NCBI GenBank assembly: GCA_963667035.1 | Contig: OY762964.1 | Coordinates: 96,001-160,000 of the forward strand | Length of the DNA stretch: 64,000 nucleotides | Direction: 5' to 3' | Source: Candidatus Cloacimonadales bacterium | Lineage (GTDB): Bacteria; Cloacimonadota; Cloacimonadia; Cloacimonadales; JAFGVF01 | Shown: one piece after another, positions 20,919-30,321 of the stretch | Position numbering within the stretch: position 1 is the first letter of the stretch | How the letters are laid out: every line of letters begins with the position of its first letter | Translations under genes and position numbers: made by a program | The notes under the pieces: model-generated | The model's input: only the letters and a program-made list of their open reading frames with translations | What the model was told of the DNA's origin: nothing | Databases searched by the model: none

Positions 20919-21710
20919 TTACATTGTAATCATAATTCCGATATGATCAGAGGGATACACTCCTGTATTCTTATAATTAGTAAGAGAGTACACAATCTTT
21001 GATTCTCTTGATAGATTGAAACCAAAGATATAATCAATTTCAACTATAGAATCAGGAATTGGATGAGTTAGTCTAGAAGGAGTTAGTTTCTGTAGACCCC
21101 TACTTTTAATATATTCAACAACTTCAGAAGTAGGAGTTGAGTTAAAATCACCACACAATAAATACGTCTTCAGATTTCTTTCATCAATGTATCTGAACAT
21201 CTCTCTTGTATTTTGCAAAGCTTCTTTGGGATTAAAACTTAGATGAGTATTAAGAAGATGTAAACTCCCTGTTTTAATCATCTGTAAGTTTCTTATATTT
21301 GTATCCTCAGCAGGAGGATTAGGATTAAGGATTAGATTTACATGCTCAAGAATAGGTTCTTTACTTATAATGGCTAAACCTTCCCAAATTACTCTATGCT
21401 CTTTATTCATGGATGCTTTACAAGGATATTTTCTTATAATATCAGCTTCATGATGGTTATAATACATCGCCGGGGCAATTGCTATATCATAACCTAAAGC
21501 AAATCCTTTCTCATTTAAAGCGTATAGAATTTGTTCAGCAGTATTCATTCCTGTTTCAATCGAACTGGAAGTATCTGCACAATATCTTACTTCCTGCAAA
21601 GCAACTACATCCGGATTGAGTCTGATTATCTCTTCAACTATAAGACTAATCCGCTCTTCCCAGAAGGGATGGTCATTATAGTTGGCTATATTCCATGTTA
21701 GAATTTTCAT
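20919..21710 (-). CDS. Endonuclease/exonuclease/phosphatase (EEP) family protein
   Basis: ILTWNI, PDVVALQEV, NTHL, CGDFNS, IDYIF, SDH motifs. Confidence 0.9.
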   Translation of the reverse strand: MKILTWNIANYNDHPFWEERISLIVEEIIRLNPDVVALQEVRYCADTSSSIETGMNTAEQILYALNEKGFALGYDIAIAPAMYYNHHEADIIRKYPCKASMNKEHRVIWEGLAIISKEPILEHVNLILNPNPPAEDTNIRNLQMIKTGSLHLLNTHLSFNPKEALQNTREMFRYIDERNLKTYLLCGDFNSTPTSEVVEYIKSRGLQKLTPSRLTHPIPDSIVEIDYIFGFNLSRESKIVYSLTNYKNTGVYPSDHIGIMITM

Positions 21711-24580
21711 TATTGGACTATTAGATACGGACGCTTTACACCCGCTCTGATTTGTGTCGCAGGAGATATGTAACCGGTTTTGCCGACCGAATTCCTGAAT
21801 AAGTCTGTAAGGTTTGCTCGCATTTTGAAATCACCAAAGCCTTCAGTTATTATAAATCCGAATCCAATTTTCTCATTACCTGTTAGTGCTACTCCAATCT
21901 CATATCCAGAGAATTTAACCCATTCTCTGTTCTCGATTGATGGTGCAATTAATCCTAATATTCCTAAATTTTTACATTTTGAAAGATGCTTACTACTAAC
22001 CATTTCCGAGCAAACTACAATCTTATTTCTATGCTCTACCTTAAGGATATCCGAATTACTCTCTACAAAAACAATATCACCCGATTTTTCTTCTCCGAAT
22101 CCTATTACTCCGTCAGCTTCCAGTCCTACACATTTAATCTCTGCCACTCTTACTTCATCAGAGTAAATTACTTCACCATTTACATGTGACATTAATTCGA
22201 AAGGCTTCTTATTATAATGAACCGTTACAGTACCTTCAGTAGTATCTATTTCCGTAATAAAACCTGTAGCTTTAGCTCTGACAAAGACGTTTACTTGCTT
22301 CGAAACTCTCTTGGCAATAACTTCATGTTCATACACAATGTCACCAATTCTATTTGACATATATCCTTTGATTTGACTGGGTTTTATCTTAAGTTTTGAA
22401 GCGATGTCTATTACAATCGGTTTGTGAGCATGCTTTAGTTTTTCTCTAATCAATATTATTCCTGACTTGCAGTTAATCTGTTCTATATAACCTGAAGTTG
22501 GAGAATTATAGTAATAAAGTGATTTGGATATCCCCATAAGAGCGGGTTCTAAATGTTCAAAGATTCTTTGGTTGAAATCTACTTCTTCACCTCTTCTACA
22601 CAGTAAACCATTTTCCATCTTTTCCGGAGTAAACTCACTTCCGAGAACCTTTATTATTGGAGCCATCATTAGTTTCGGAGGTTCCTTACGATTAATTCCA
22701 ACAAGTGTTTCAGGCTTAACTTTTTCGCCTACTTTCACTTCTATTGTTCCATCATAAGGAAGTTCTTTCTTCACAATAATCTCGGAAGGAACAATCTTAC
22801 TATCTGCATGATTAACGTATAGTGTATTCAACTCTTTAACTTCAATATTCTGAGAATAGAGCTTCATTGTATCATTCAATTTCCTGTAATCAACATAATC
22901 GTTATCAAGAGTATTAATAATTATTGGTAAGTCTGTTGTAACACTAATCTCTCTTTTATCTCCATCAACAAAGACATTCTTTTCTAAATTCATTCTCAGT
23001 GTTGTTTCACCTTTCTTATCAAATATATAATATTCATTGCTCATTATATAGTGATTCTCATTTCCTAATTGCACAGTCATTACTATAAATGGTTTTCGCT
23101 TTCTTTTGAATTTAGGTCTGATATAAAGTCCAAGTTTCTCTATACCTTCAGTGTTTAACAATTCATCAGCCTCTTTAGGCATGATTTCACTCAGTTTACC
23201 AAGATGAGGTGAGATAAAGTGTTTATCTCTCCATATTTCTGTTATTCCAATGGGTCTGAATCCATGAATAATCATATGTAAAGCTTGAAGCTTATCCGGT
23301 GCATGTGAAATGACTCCCCCGGCTCCTATCACTACATCAAGTTCGGCAAGACTAAACCTCATTCCATCAACAACTCTTTCCACATAAACATGATCAATAA
23401 AAGGATCTCTGGCAACAGATTTGATATTGGCAAAAAGGTTTCTTTGAGCTTCATCAAAATGCATCTCCATGTGTTGTTTAAAAGCAATATTAATAGCTTC
23501 AATAGCACATGCTTGTTCTATTATTAGGGATGTCTGATCTTTAGGAACAAACTGTGGATATAGCATTTTATTGCTGATGTAGTTACATAAATATTCTTCC
23601 GATATTGCATCAGGAAGCCAACGTTTTATCTTTTCAACTCCTGCATCAGCTAACACGTTTGAGATGCTGTAACTCATGCCTGAGTTGGCTCTGACAGTTC
23701 TATGATTCTTACCATTCAAATTAGAAAAGATATCTGTTGTAGCACCACCAATATCAACTGTCATGAGATTGAGTTTTCTTTCTCCACTCAATATTTCCAT
23801 TGAATTTAAAACAGCCTTTGGGGTTGGAATAATATCATCTTTAACAATACTCTTTATATTTGAATATCCGGGAGCCTGCTCCATTACATTCTCCATGAAA
23901 AGCTCATGTACTTTTTCTTGGGCAGGACCAAAATTTTCTATCTGTGGGGTAGGACTAATATTGGGGACAATATGAAGGTCAAATTTGTCTTTAAAAATTC
24001 CGGATACTGATTCGGTAATACTCTTATTACCGGCATAGACCAAAGGTATTTTCTCTTTACCGAATTTTGGTTCTGGATGAGCAATACTCAAGATCTCTGA
24101 AAGTCTTATTATACTTGTAAATGCTCCACCGTCATATCCTCCCGAGAAGAGTATTATGTCAGGATGTGTAGCTTGGATTATCTCCATTTGCTCAAGCACT
24201 GAACGTTTATCATCTATTGCTATTGTTTCCAGAACGACTCCACCTGCTCCAAGAGCAGTTTTCTGAGCCCTTGCGGCCGATTCAACTCTTGTTAATCCAA
24301 CGACCAGTATTTGTAAGCCACCACCGGCACTACTTGTCGTAAGATATTCTATATCATCATTGAATCTTAAGGGATTCTCTTCAGAAATCAATTCTATGTT
24401 TAACTCTTTTTCTAAACCTCGTACAGAATTGATAATACCATATTTAACATCTTCAAAAGGTTTCTCAACTGTCGTGGGAGAATTGTAAAGACCTGCTAAT
24501 GTGGCAGTTTTATCTGTAATTTCCACTAGTATTGCTTTGGTCGTAGTACTGCCGATATCAGTAATCAGTATTCTTTTCAT
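21710..24580 (-). CDS. GlmL/MutL-like (glutamate mutase reactivase, ASKHA ATPase) fused to a ~350-aa uncharacterised C-terminal region
   Basis: DIGSTTTKA, TSSAGGGL, VDIGGATTDIFS, RTVxANxGMSYS, GAGGVISHAP; C-terminal V.VGE.V repeats and TQIRAGVKRP. Confidence 0.75.
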   Translation of the reverse strand: MKRILITDIGSTTTKAILVEITDKTATLAGLYNSPTTVEKPFEDVKYGIINSVRGLEKELNIELISEENPLRFNDDIEYLTTSSAGGGLQILVVGLTRVESAARAQKTALGAGGVVLETIAIDDKRSVLEQMEIIQATHPDIILFSGGYDGGAFTSIIRLSEILSIAHPEPKFGKEKIPLVYAGNKSITESVSGIFKDKFDLHIVPNISPTPQIENFGPAQEKVHELFMENVMEQAPGYSNIKSIVKDDIIPTPKAVLNSMEILSGERKLNLMTVDIGGATTDIFSNLNGKNHRTVRANSGMSYSISNVLADAGVEKIKRWLPDAISEEYLCNYISNKMLYPQFVPKDQTSLIIEQACAIEAINIAFKQHMEMHFDEAQRNLFANIKSVARDPFIDHVYVERVVDGMRFSLAELDVVIGAGGVISHAPDKLQALHMIIHGFRPIGITEIWRDKHFISPHLGKLSEIMPKEADELLNTEGIEKLGLYIRPKFKRKRKPFIVMTVQLGNENHYIMSNEYYIFDKKGETTLRMNLEKNVFVDGDKREISVTTDLPIIINTLDNDYVDYRKLNDTMKLYSQNIEVKELNTLYVNHADSKIVPSEIIVKKELPYDGTIEVKVGEKVKPETLVGINRKEPPKLMMAPIIKVLGSEFTPEKMENGLLCRRGEEVDFNQRIFEHLEPALMGISKSLYYYNSPTSGYIEQINCKSGIILIREKLKHAHKPIVIDIASKLKIKPSQIKGYMSNRIGDIVYEHEVIAKRVSKQVNVFVRAKATGFITEIDTTEGTVTVHYNKKPFELMSHVNGEVIYSDEVRVAEIKCVGLEADGVIGFGEEKSGDIVFVESNSDILKVEHRNKIVVCSEMVSSKHLSKCKNLGILGLIAPSIENREWVKFSGYEIGVALTGNEKIGFGFIITEGFGDFKMRANLTDLFRNSVGKTGYISPATQIRAGVKRPYLIVQ

Positions 24581-24649
24581 TCTGCCTCCTAACTCGTCCC
24601 TAATCTCTTTTTATTAACAAAACAGTGCAATGTTGGGAAGTCAAGTAAA

Positions 24650-24675
24650 AAGGCTGTTGAACTAACAACAGCCTT
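24650..24675 (-). terminator. Intrinsic terminator
   Basis: AAGGCTGTTG/CAACAGCCTT stem with T-run on the minus strand. Confidence 0.65.
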
Positions 24676-24701
24676 AACAAAAAGAGTAGATTCGAGTAAG
24701 T

Positions 24702-24985
24702 TTATTTTGTTATAGTGATTGTTTGACTTTGAACAGTTACTATTGATGTGAAATAACCGATAAGCATATCAACAAATGTCATCTGAGTTTTATTTTATAA
24801 TCGGCTGCATTATAAGCCATTGTTTGTGATCAACCACATTACCTATGGGTACTAATCTCCATATTGCATACCATTGGATTGCAGCTTTAACTTCGTTAGT
24901 TTGTGCTCCGTTTCCATGTTGTAAAACATCCTGCGAGCATACTCATGATAATTATGAGTACGAGAATAAAGGCTGTTTTTTTCAT
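24702..24985 (-). pseudogene. Frameshifted Bor/Iss-like small lipoprotein
   Basis: Pieces in different frames: MKKTAFILVLIIIMSMLAGCFTT / GNGAQTNEVKAAIQWYAIWRLVP / MAYNAADYKIK / TQMTFVDMLIGYFTSIVTVQSQTITITK*; ATGA overlap with the upstream gene. Confidence 0.65.
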
Positions 24986-25548
24986 AAATTATATTTTTTT
25001 ATAGACCCTATAACACTTTCAACCGTACGAACCTGCTCGTTATAATAATCCTTATCTATAAATATATCGAACATTGCTGTTTGCATCTCTGCTAATGGTA
25101 TTAAAAGCTTTATATTAACAAAATTATTCTCATTAGTAAACATATACTGATAGAAGTAAAGTTTACCGGAAGTATATTCTCCAAATTGCATTTGAGGATA
25201 CTTATCCTCTAGACTTGTTATAAATCTACTGTTTGCCTGCAAAGCATCATCCAGAATTACTGAACCGGCTAAGAACCCTTTTTGCTCGGGAGCTATAAAT
25301 ACATGTAAATTTCTTAGTAAATCCGAGTCTTTTTTATTCAGTTGAAAGGAAATTGCTTCCATGATAACATCATTTGCCGATTCCCAACCCTTCGGCGGTT
25401 GGTAACTGTAATTGAATATACTGTCAATAACAGCCTCCGATAAGAGTTCTTCGTTAACTGTAAATGATAGTTCCGGAACACTTGATGTCTTACTGCATGC
25501 AACCAAGAATAGCAAAGCTAATAGTATTATACCCCAAAAAATTTTCAT
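24982..25548 (-). CDS. Hypothetical lipoprotein
   Basis: Probable start MKIFWG after GGAG; lipobox LVAC. Confidence 0.75.
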   Translation of the reverse strand: MKIFWGIILLALLFLVACSKTSSVPELSFTVNEELLSEAVIDSIFNYSYQPPKGWESANDVIMEAISFQLNKKDSDLLRNLHVFIAPEQKGFLAGSVILDDALQANSRFITSLEDKYPQMQFGEYTSGKLYFYQYMFTNENNFVNIKLLIPLAEMQTAMFDIFIDKDYYNEQVRTVESVIGSIKKYNL

Positions 25549-25645
25549 AAATACTCCATCCATTTTCTTAAAAAACATGTTAGTTTGAGCTTGTTGTCAA
25601 GTAAATTGTTATACCACGAGATATTCTTCTACTTCTATTTAAACA

Positions 25646-25676
25646 ACACGAGCCTGTTATAAAAACAGGCTCGTGT
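25646..25676. terminator. Intrinsic terminator-like hairpin
   Basis: ACACGAGCCTGTT/AACAGGCTCGTGT stem just after the stop at 25693. Confidence 0.7.
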
Positions 25677-25692
25677 AAATAACTGATAGATT

Positions 25693-28275
25693 TTATTTCA
25701 TTAATATCATCTTTTTTGTCGAAGTAACATTGCTTGTCTCAAGACGATAGAAATATACTCCTGAAGCTACTGCTTGCTCATTTCTATCTCTTCCGTTCCA
25801 TACAATACTATGCTCTCCTTGAGTGAATACTTCGTTAGCAATTATGTTTACTAATTCACCTTTGAGGTTGTAGATGGAAATCTTAGCATTCTCATTGTCT
25901 TTACTGATAGTGAAGCTAATTGTAGTTTCCGGATTGAATGGATTGGGATAGTTACCATTTAAAGATGTTTTCAAGAGAGTAGGCTGAGTATTGTCATCAG
26001 CCGCTTCATAGCTAACTATAATAGTGTTACTATGTTCAGTTTCGTATGTATTGTTAAAAGCTGTAACTGATATTTCAAATGTAGGTCTTCCGATAGGAAT
26101 TGGAATCATATATTCACGTTCAGAAAAATCAACTTCTTCTGTACCAAAAAGATCATTATAAATTCTATAACCGGTAAACTCTTGACCATCAAGTATTGGA
26201 GCATCCCATCTAACATAGCCATTGTCTTCTCTTAAATTCCATGGATGAGTTTCACCTTCAACTCTATCGTAAAACCAGATATTCCCGCTAATTAATGGAA
26301 GGGTAGTATCATCTGCGGTAATGTTCGCATCAATCAAGTCAATACCAAATCCAAAGTAGTTATCGTAGTATTCTCTTATTGAAGCTAAACCGACACCTTC
26401 TACAAGATAATACTCTTCTATTGCATCATCGGTTTCGGTTACAATAACATTAGCTACTCTCGGAGTTCCAAGAACATCAAGAGTTTCCTGCCTATCAATC
26501 TCAGCATCTTGATAAGTGGCCCCGGAAATAGAATCATAATCTTCTATCATCTGCCAAGTATTACCGACTTGAGTATTTAAGGTTTTAAAGAACTTATTTT
26601 CCTCAACATTGTATTCATTGTTTTCCCAACCGTTTGACCAGACACTCTCTCCTGCTATTGAAAGATAATCACCATCCTGATAGAAGTATTGATAATATGG
26701 CTCGGCAATATAGTTAAGTCCGGTTATAAACTTATAGGAAGGGATTGAGAACTGATTAGATACTTCTCCCACAGCCAAGAAAGGAGGTAGGAAATCATCC
26801 TCAACATTAATGGTAATCTCTAATGTCTCCATATCAGGAGTAACTGTGAATATAGTCGGCTCTAACTGTGTTCCATATACTCCCATTCCAACAACACCGT
26901 CATCATAATTATATGCCTGACAGTAACCAAAATATGAACCTTCGGGTAAACCACTGATATAAAATATAGTAGATTCTTCGATAGTCTCTGTTTGAGAATT
27001 CATATCATCTAAAGAAACTATTACTCCATAGACAACATCATAAAGATTGGGATCCAAGTTTAAGTTAACGGTAAGCACAACTTGTGGTTCATTTCCAGTT
27101 GCAATCGGGTCAAAAACAACAATAGACATTCCGGCAATATCATTACCGTCGTGTATTGTCTGGGAAATGACTGTTGAATCATCTGAAATCCAGTAGTTAT
27201 TCTGAGCCATTATTTGTCCGCCGCTTGTTTGATTAACATATACGGAGTTGTTATTGTTGGTCATGTCAAAATTGTCACCGAATGTGTTAAGACCTTGGAT
27301 AGGATTAACCGAATCACTTAGATCACCAAGATTAGGGAACGCTCCGGCCGTAACATAAACTCCGGTAAAATTACCTTCAAACAAGTTACGACTTATGTAA
27401 GGAATTGCTCTTGAGCCGTAGCACATAACACCGGCTCCTGAATTCGCATCACCTGCAATAAAGTTGTCCACAATCTCATTATTAATGAGGTTTCCACCTG
27501 CATTATAGAAGTATACACCGGTGAGATTATGGGATATTTCGTTATCTTCAATTGTTGCATTAAGAGTAACATTACCAAACATATCAACACTTGTGACACC
27601 TTGTTTGAAATTGTTGGTTATCAGGTTATTGGTTATAACAGGAGAGCAAACAGCACCACCGGTCTGGGCACTTATCTGAATAGCTCCTCTATACTGAGAA
27701 CCTGTTCCATTATATGAAATCTCATTGTTTTCAATCAAGACATTACTATTCTCTGTTAGCTCAATACCACTCATTACCGAGTATTCAATCAAGTTACCGG
27801 CAATATGAACATTAGCGGGAGTAGTAGCTCCGATAGCAAACAAGTCAATAGCTGTTTCATTGTTTGTCAGTCTACTGTTATATACTTGAACGGGTGAGTT
27901 AATTGAATGAATAGCATTCTCAGCACCTTCAATGAAACAGTAGTTAAATGTGTTATGGAATCCTGTTCCTTCGCTTTCCAGTCTAATGCCTCCCCAGAAA
28001 TCGGTAACATTCTCCTCTCTCTCAAATCTTACAGAATCTGTTTCGGTACCGTTTACGGCTATTATACCTTCAACAGTTATTTCATAAGCACCGTTAATTA
28101 TAACATTAACACCTGATTCAACAGTTAGTGTTTGATTTGCAGGAACGGTAATCTCTCCAACAACTTCATAAGGATTGTTCTCAGAGGTCCAGGTTCCGCT
28201 TTGATTTCCGGATACCTGTATCGCAATGATTGGGATAGTTAATAAACAAAGAAACAAAACAATAAACTTTTTCAT
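25693..28275 (-). CDS. Secreted protein with a right-handed beta-helix region and a C-terminal FlgD/T9SS-A-like domain
   Basis: Probable start MKKFIVLF after GGAG; I.NN.I..N repeats; NYPNPFNPETTISF...ASGVYFYRL...KKMILMK. Confidence 0.8.
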   Translation of the reverse strand: MKKFIVLFLCLLTIPIIAIQVSGNQSGTWTSENNPYEVVGEITVPANQTLTVESGVNVIINGAYEITVEGIIAVNGTETDSVRFEREENVTDFWGGIRLESEGTGFHNTFNYCFIEGAENAIHSINSPVQVYNSRLTNNETAIDLFAIGATTPANVHIAGNLIEYSVMSGIELTENSNVLIENNEISYNGTGSQYRGAIQISAQTGGAVCSPVITNNLITNNFKQGVTSVDMFGNVTLNATIEDNEISHNLTGVYFYNAGGNLINNEIVDNFIAGDANSGAGVMCYGSRAIPYISRNLFEGNFTGVYVTAGAFPNLGDLSDSVNPIQGLNTFGDNFDMTNNNNSVYVNQTSGGQIMAQNNYWISDDSTVISQTIHDGNDIAGMSIVVFDPIATGNEPQVVLTVNLNLDPNLYDVVYGVIVSLDDMNSQTETIEESTIFYISGLPEGSYFGYCQAYNYDDGVVGMGVYGTQLEPTIFTVTPDMETLEITINVEDDFLPPFLAVGEVSNQFSIPSYKFITGLNYIAEPYYQYFYQDGDYLSIAGESVWSNGWENNEYNVEENKFFKTLNTQVGNTWQMIEDYDSISGATYQDAEIDRQETLDVLGTPRVANVIVTETDDAIEEYYLVEGVGLASIREYYDNYFGFGIDLIDANITADDTTLPLISGNIWFYDRVEGETHPWNLREDNGYVRWDAPILDGQEFTGYRIYNDLFGTEEVDFSEREYMIPIPIGRPTFEISVTAFNNTYETEHSNTIIVSYEAADDNTQPTLLKTSLNGNYPNPFNPETTISFTISKDNENAKISIYNLKGELVNIIANEVFTQGEHSIVWNGRDRNEQAVASGVYFYRLETSNVTSTKKMILMK

Positions 28276-28452
28276 AGTCTCTCTCCAATTACTAAATTTA
28301 GCGGTTAAACATGTTAACCATATTATCAAGTCAAGCAAATTGAATCTGCTTATACAGTAACTTTATGCAATACCTAATAGGAATAGTTATGAAATAAAAG
28401 TCAATCTAATTCGTAACGAAAAAGAGAGAAATGAATAGAGGAATCTTTCCCG

Positions 28453-28910
28453 TATCTTTAGTCACCTCGCATTACTAAAAGTTAATTGTTTAGTTATCGC
28501 CACAGGAGTTAATACGTTAGACTGTTATGTACTAAACATTTATTGAGAGACCCATTCGACGAGTTGATTATTCTCAGGTTGACTCGCCATCTCTTTATTT
28601 CATTTTACTCGCCTTTACTTTCCCCTCCGACCACAGATTTTTTACAAGTTTCTCTCTCATTTTTCTCCCGTTTCTATCTCGTTGCGAGCAACGGGAGAGC
28701 AACGGGAGACCAACGGGAGACCAACGGGAGACCAACGGGAGACTAACCCGAGAGAAACCCGTGGTTGGCGGTCGCCCAAAAGGATTCATGAAAGCGACAA
28801 AAATGGGATAGAATTAGGAGTGAATTGGGAGGTAGTAAAAAGAAAAGTGTGAAGACCGGATAATTAAATAAAGCATAACAAAAACAATAAAACGAAGGTT
28901 TATACACACA
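28453..28910. repeat. Dispersed non-coding element R1, copy 2 (inverted relative to copy 1)
   Basis: Homologous to 725-1185; CAACGGGAGA x5 at 11-bp period (28689, 28700, 28711, 28722, 28733). Confidence 0.9.
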
Positions 28911-29057
28911 AATATTAAATTCAAGAAAACAAATCCGAAATGAGACTTAAGGTATGCCAATAATAACTTTGCTCTTCCCCGAAACAGCAAAACGCAGTAT
29001 AGTACCTTTGTAAATATAATATTGACAATAGATTCAGCTTTAACTAGTTGACTATCA

Positions 29058-29102
29058 GGTGATGGAGTTCGCCTTTAACCGCTATATGCTGATGACTCCT
29101 GT
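29058..29102 (+). ncRNA. Fluoride (crcB) riboswitch
   Basis: GGTGATGGAGTTCGCC-TTTAACCGC-TATAT-GCTGATGACTCCTG fits the crcB consensus (P1 stem, GGAGT/ACTCC pseudoknot); lies just upstream of a membrane transporter. Confidence 0.9.
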
Positions 29103-29127
29103 TTAAATTTAGTAATAGGAGAATTAT

Positions 29128-30315
29128 ATGAGCATCAGTTTAATCATTGCAATCATTGTTCTGGGAGGATGGCTTTCCGGAAAGCTCTTCACGAAAGCAA
29201 AGCTTCCTCACATACTTGGTATGCTTATCTGGGGATTAATAGTATCCGCTCTTTGGAAAGAGAAGATTCCCGCATCATTAAACGAAATCTCCCCCTTCTT
29301 TAAATCTTTGGCATTAATTGTAATTTTATTACGAGCAGGTTTGGGAATTAACAGACAAATGCTAAACAAAATAGGGTTACCCGCTGTTTTAATGGGTTTT
29401 ATACCATGTTTAACCGAAGCAATTGCCTTGATATTCGCCTTTAAATTTCTAATGGGATGGAGCTATAGCGTATCAGCATTAACCGCCTTTATGCTGTCAG
29501 CTGTATCTCCCGCAGTGGTCGTACCTACAATGCTAAGCTTAAAAGAACAAGGTCTTGGAGCAAAAAAGGAAGTTCCGACCTTGATTCTTGCAGGAGCTTC
29601 ACTGGACGATGTGATAGCCTTTACCTTCTTCACATTAAGTCTTAACTTCATCACAACCGGAAACGGAAGAATCCTGAAAAGCCTTATTAGTATTCCCTAT
29701 GCTATTGGTATTGGAATTCTCTCAGGAATACTACTGGGAATACTTCTCTTGAAGATATACAAACATAGTATGCATCGAATAAAATCAACCGAAAGAGTAC
29801 TGATATTAATGACTTTGTCCTTTCTCCTCCTTGAGTTCGGTAACTGGATTCATATTGCAGCTCTACTTGGAACTATGACAACCGGATTCATCATCTTCGA
29901 GTATGAGAACGAGATTGCCAAGGAATTATCGGTAAAGTTAAGCAAATGGTGGATAATAGCCGAAGTTATTCTATTTGTATTAATAGGTATCAATGTAGAA
30001 CCGAAATATATTGTTTCAGCCGGATTCAAGGGATTGGGCATTATTGGATTAGGACTCATTTTCCGCTCGATAGGAGTGCTTATAGCAACTGCCTTCTCAG
30101 GTTTAAACTCCAGAGAAAAGCTTTTCTGCGTACTTGCATACTTACCTAAAGCAACTGTACAAGCAGCTCTTGGTTCTGTCCCTTTAGCAATGGGCATTGT
30201 CGAAGGTGAGATGATATTGGCAATAGCAGTACTCGCAATAATGGTGACAGCTCCATTAGGCTTATTCCTGATACAGGTATTCGGTAAAAGGTTATTAGAA
30301 GATAATCGGAGTTAG
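29128..30315 (+). CDS. Cation:proton antiporter (CPA; NHA2/SLC9B-like)
   Basis: Many hydrophobic segments; ILLRAGL, AVSPAVVVP, GASLDDV, YLPKATVQAALG. Confidence 0.9.
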   Translation: MSISLIIAIIVLGGWLSGKLFTKAKLPHILGMLIWGLIVSALWKEKIPASLNEISPFFKSLALIVILLRAGLGINRQMLNKIGLPAVLMGFIPCLTEAIALIFAFKFLMGWSYSVSALTAFMLSAVSPAVVVPTMLSLKEQGLGAKKEVPTLILAGASLDDVIAFTFFTLSLNFITTGNGRILKSLISIPYAIGIGILSGILLGILLLKIYKHSMHRIKSTERVLILMTLSFLLLEFGNWIHIAALLGTMTTGFIIFEYENEIAKELSVKLSKWWIIAEVILFVLIGINVEPKYIVSAGFKGLGIIGLGLIFRSIGVLIATAFSGLNSREKLFCVLAYLPKATVQAALGSVPLAMGIVEGEMILAIAVLAIMVTAPLGLFLIQVFGKRLLEDNRS

Positions 30316-30321
30316 GATTTT

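Noticed and set aside
28689..28743. Mini-CRISPR or plasmid iterons
   Set aside because: Contiguous 11-bp tandem units without spacers and no rep gene nearby
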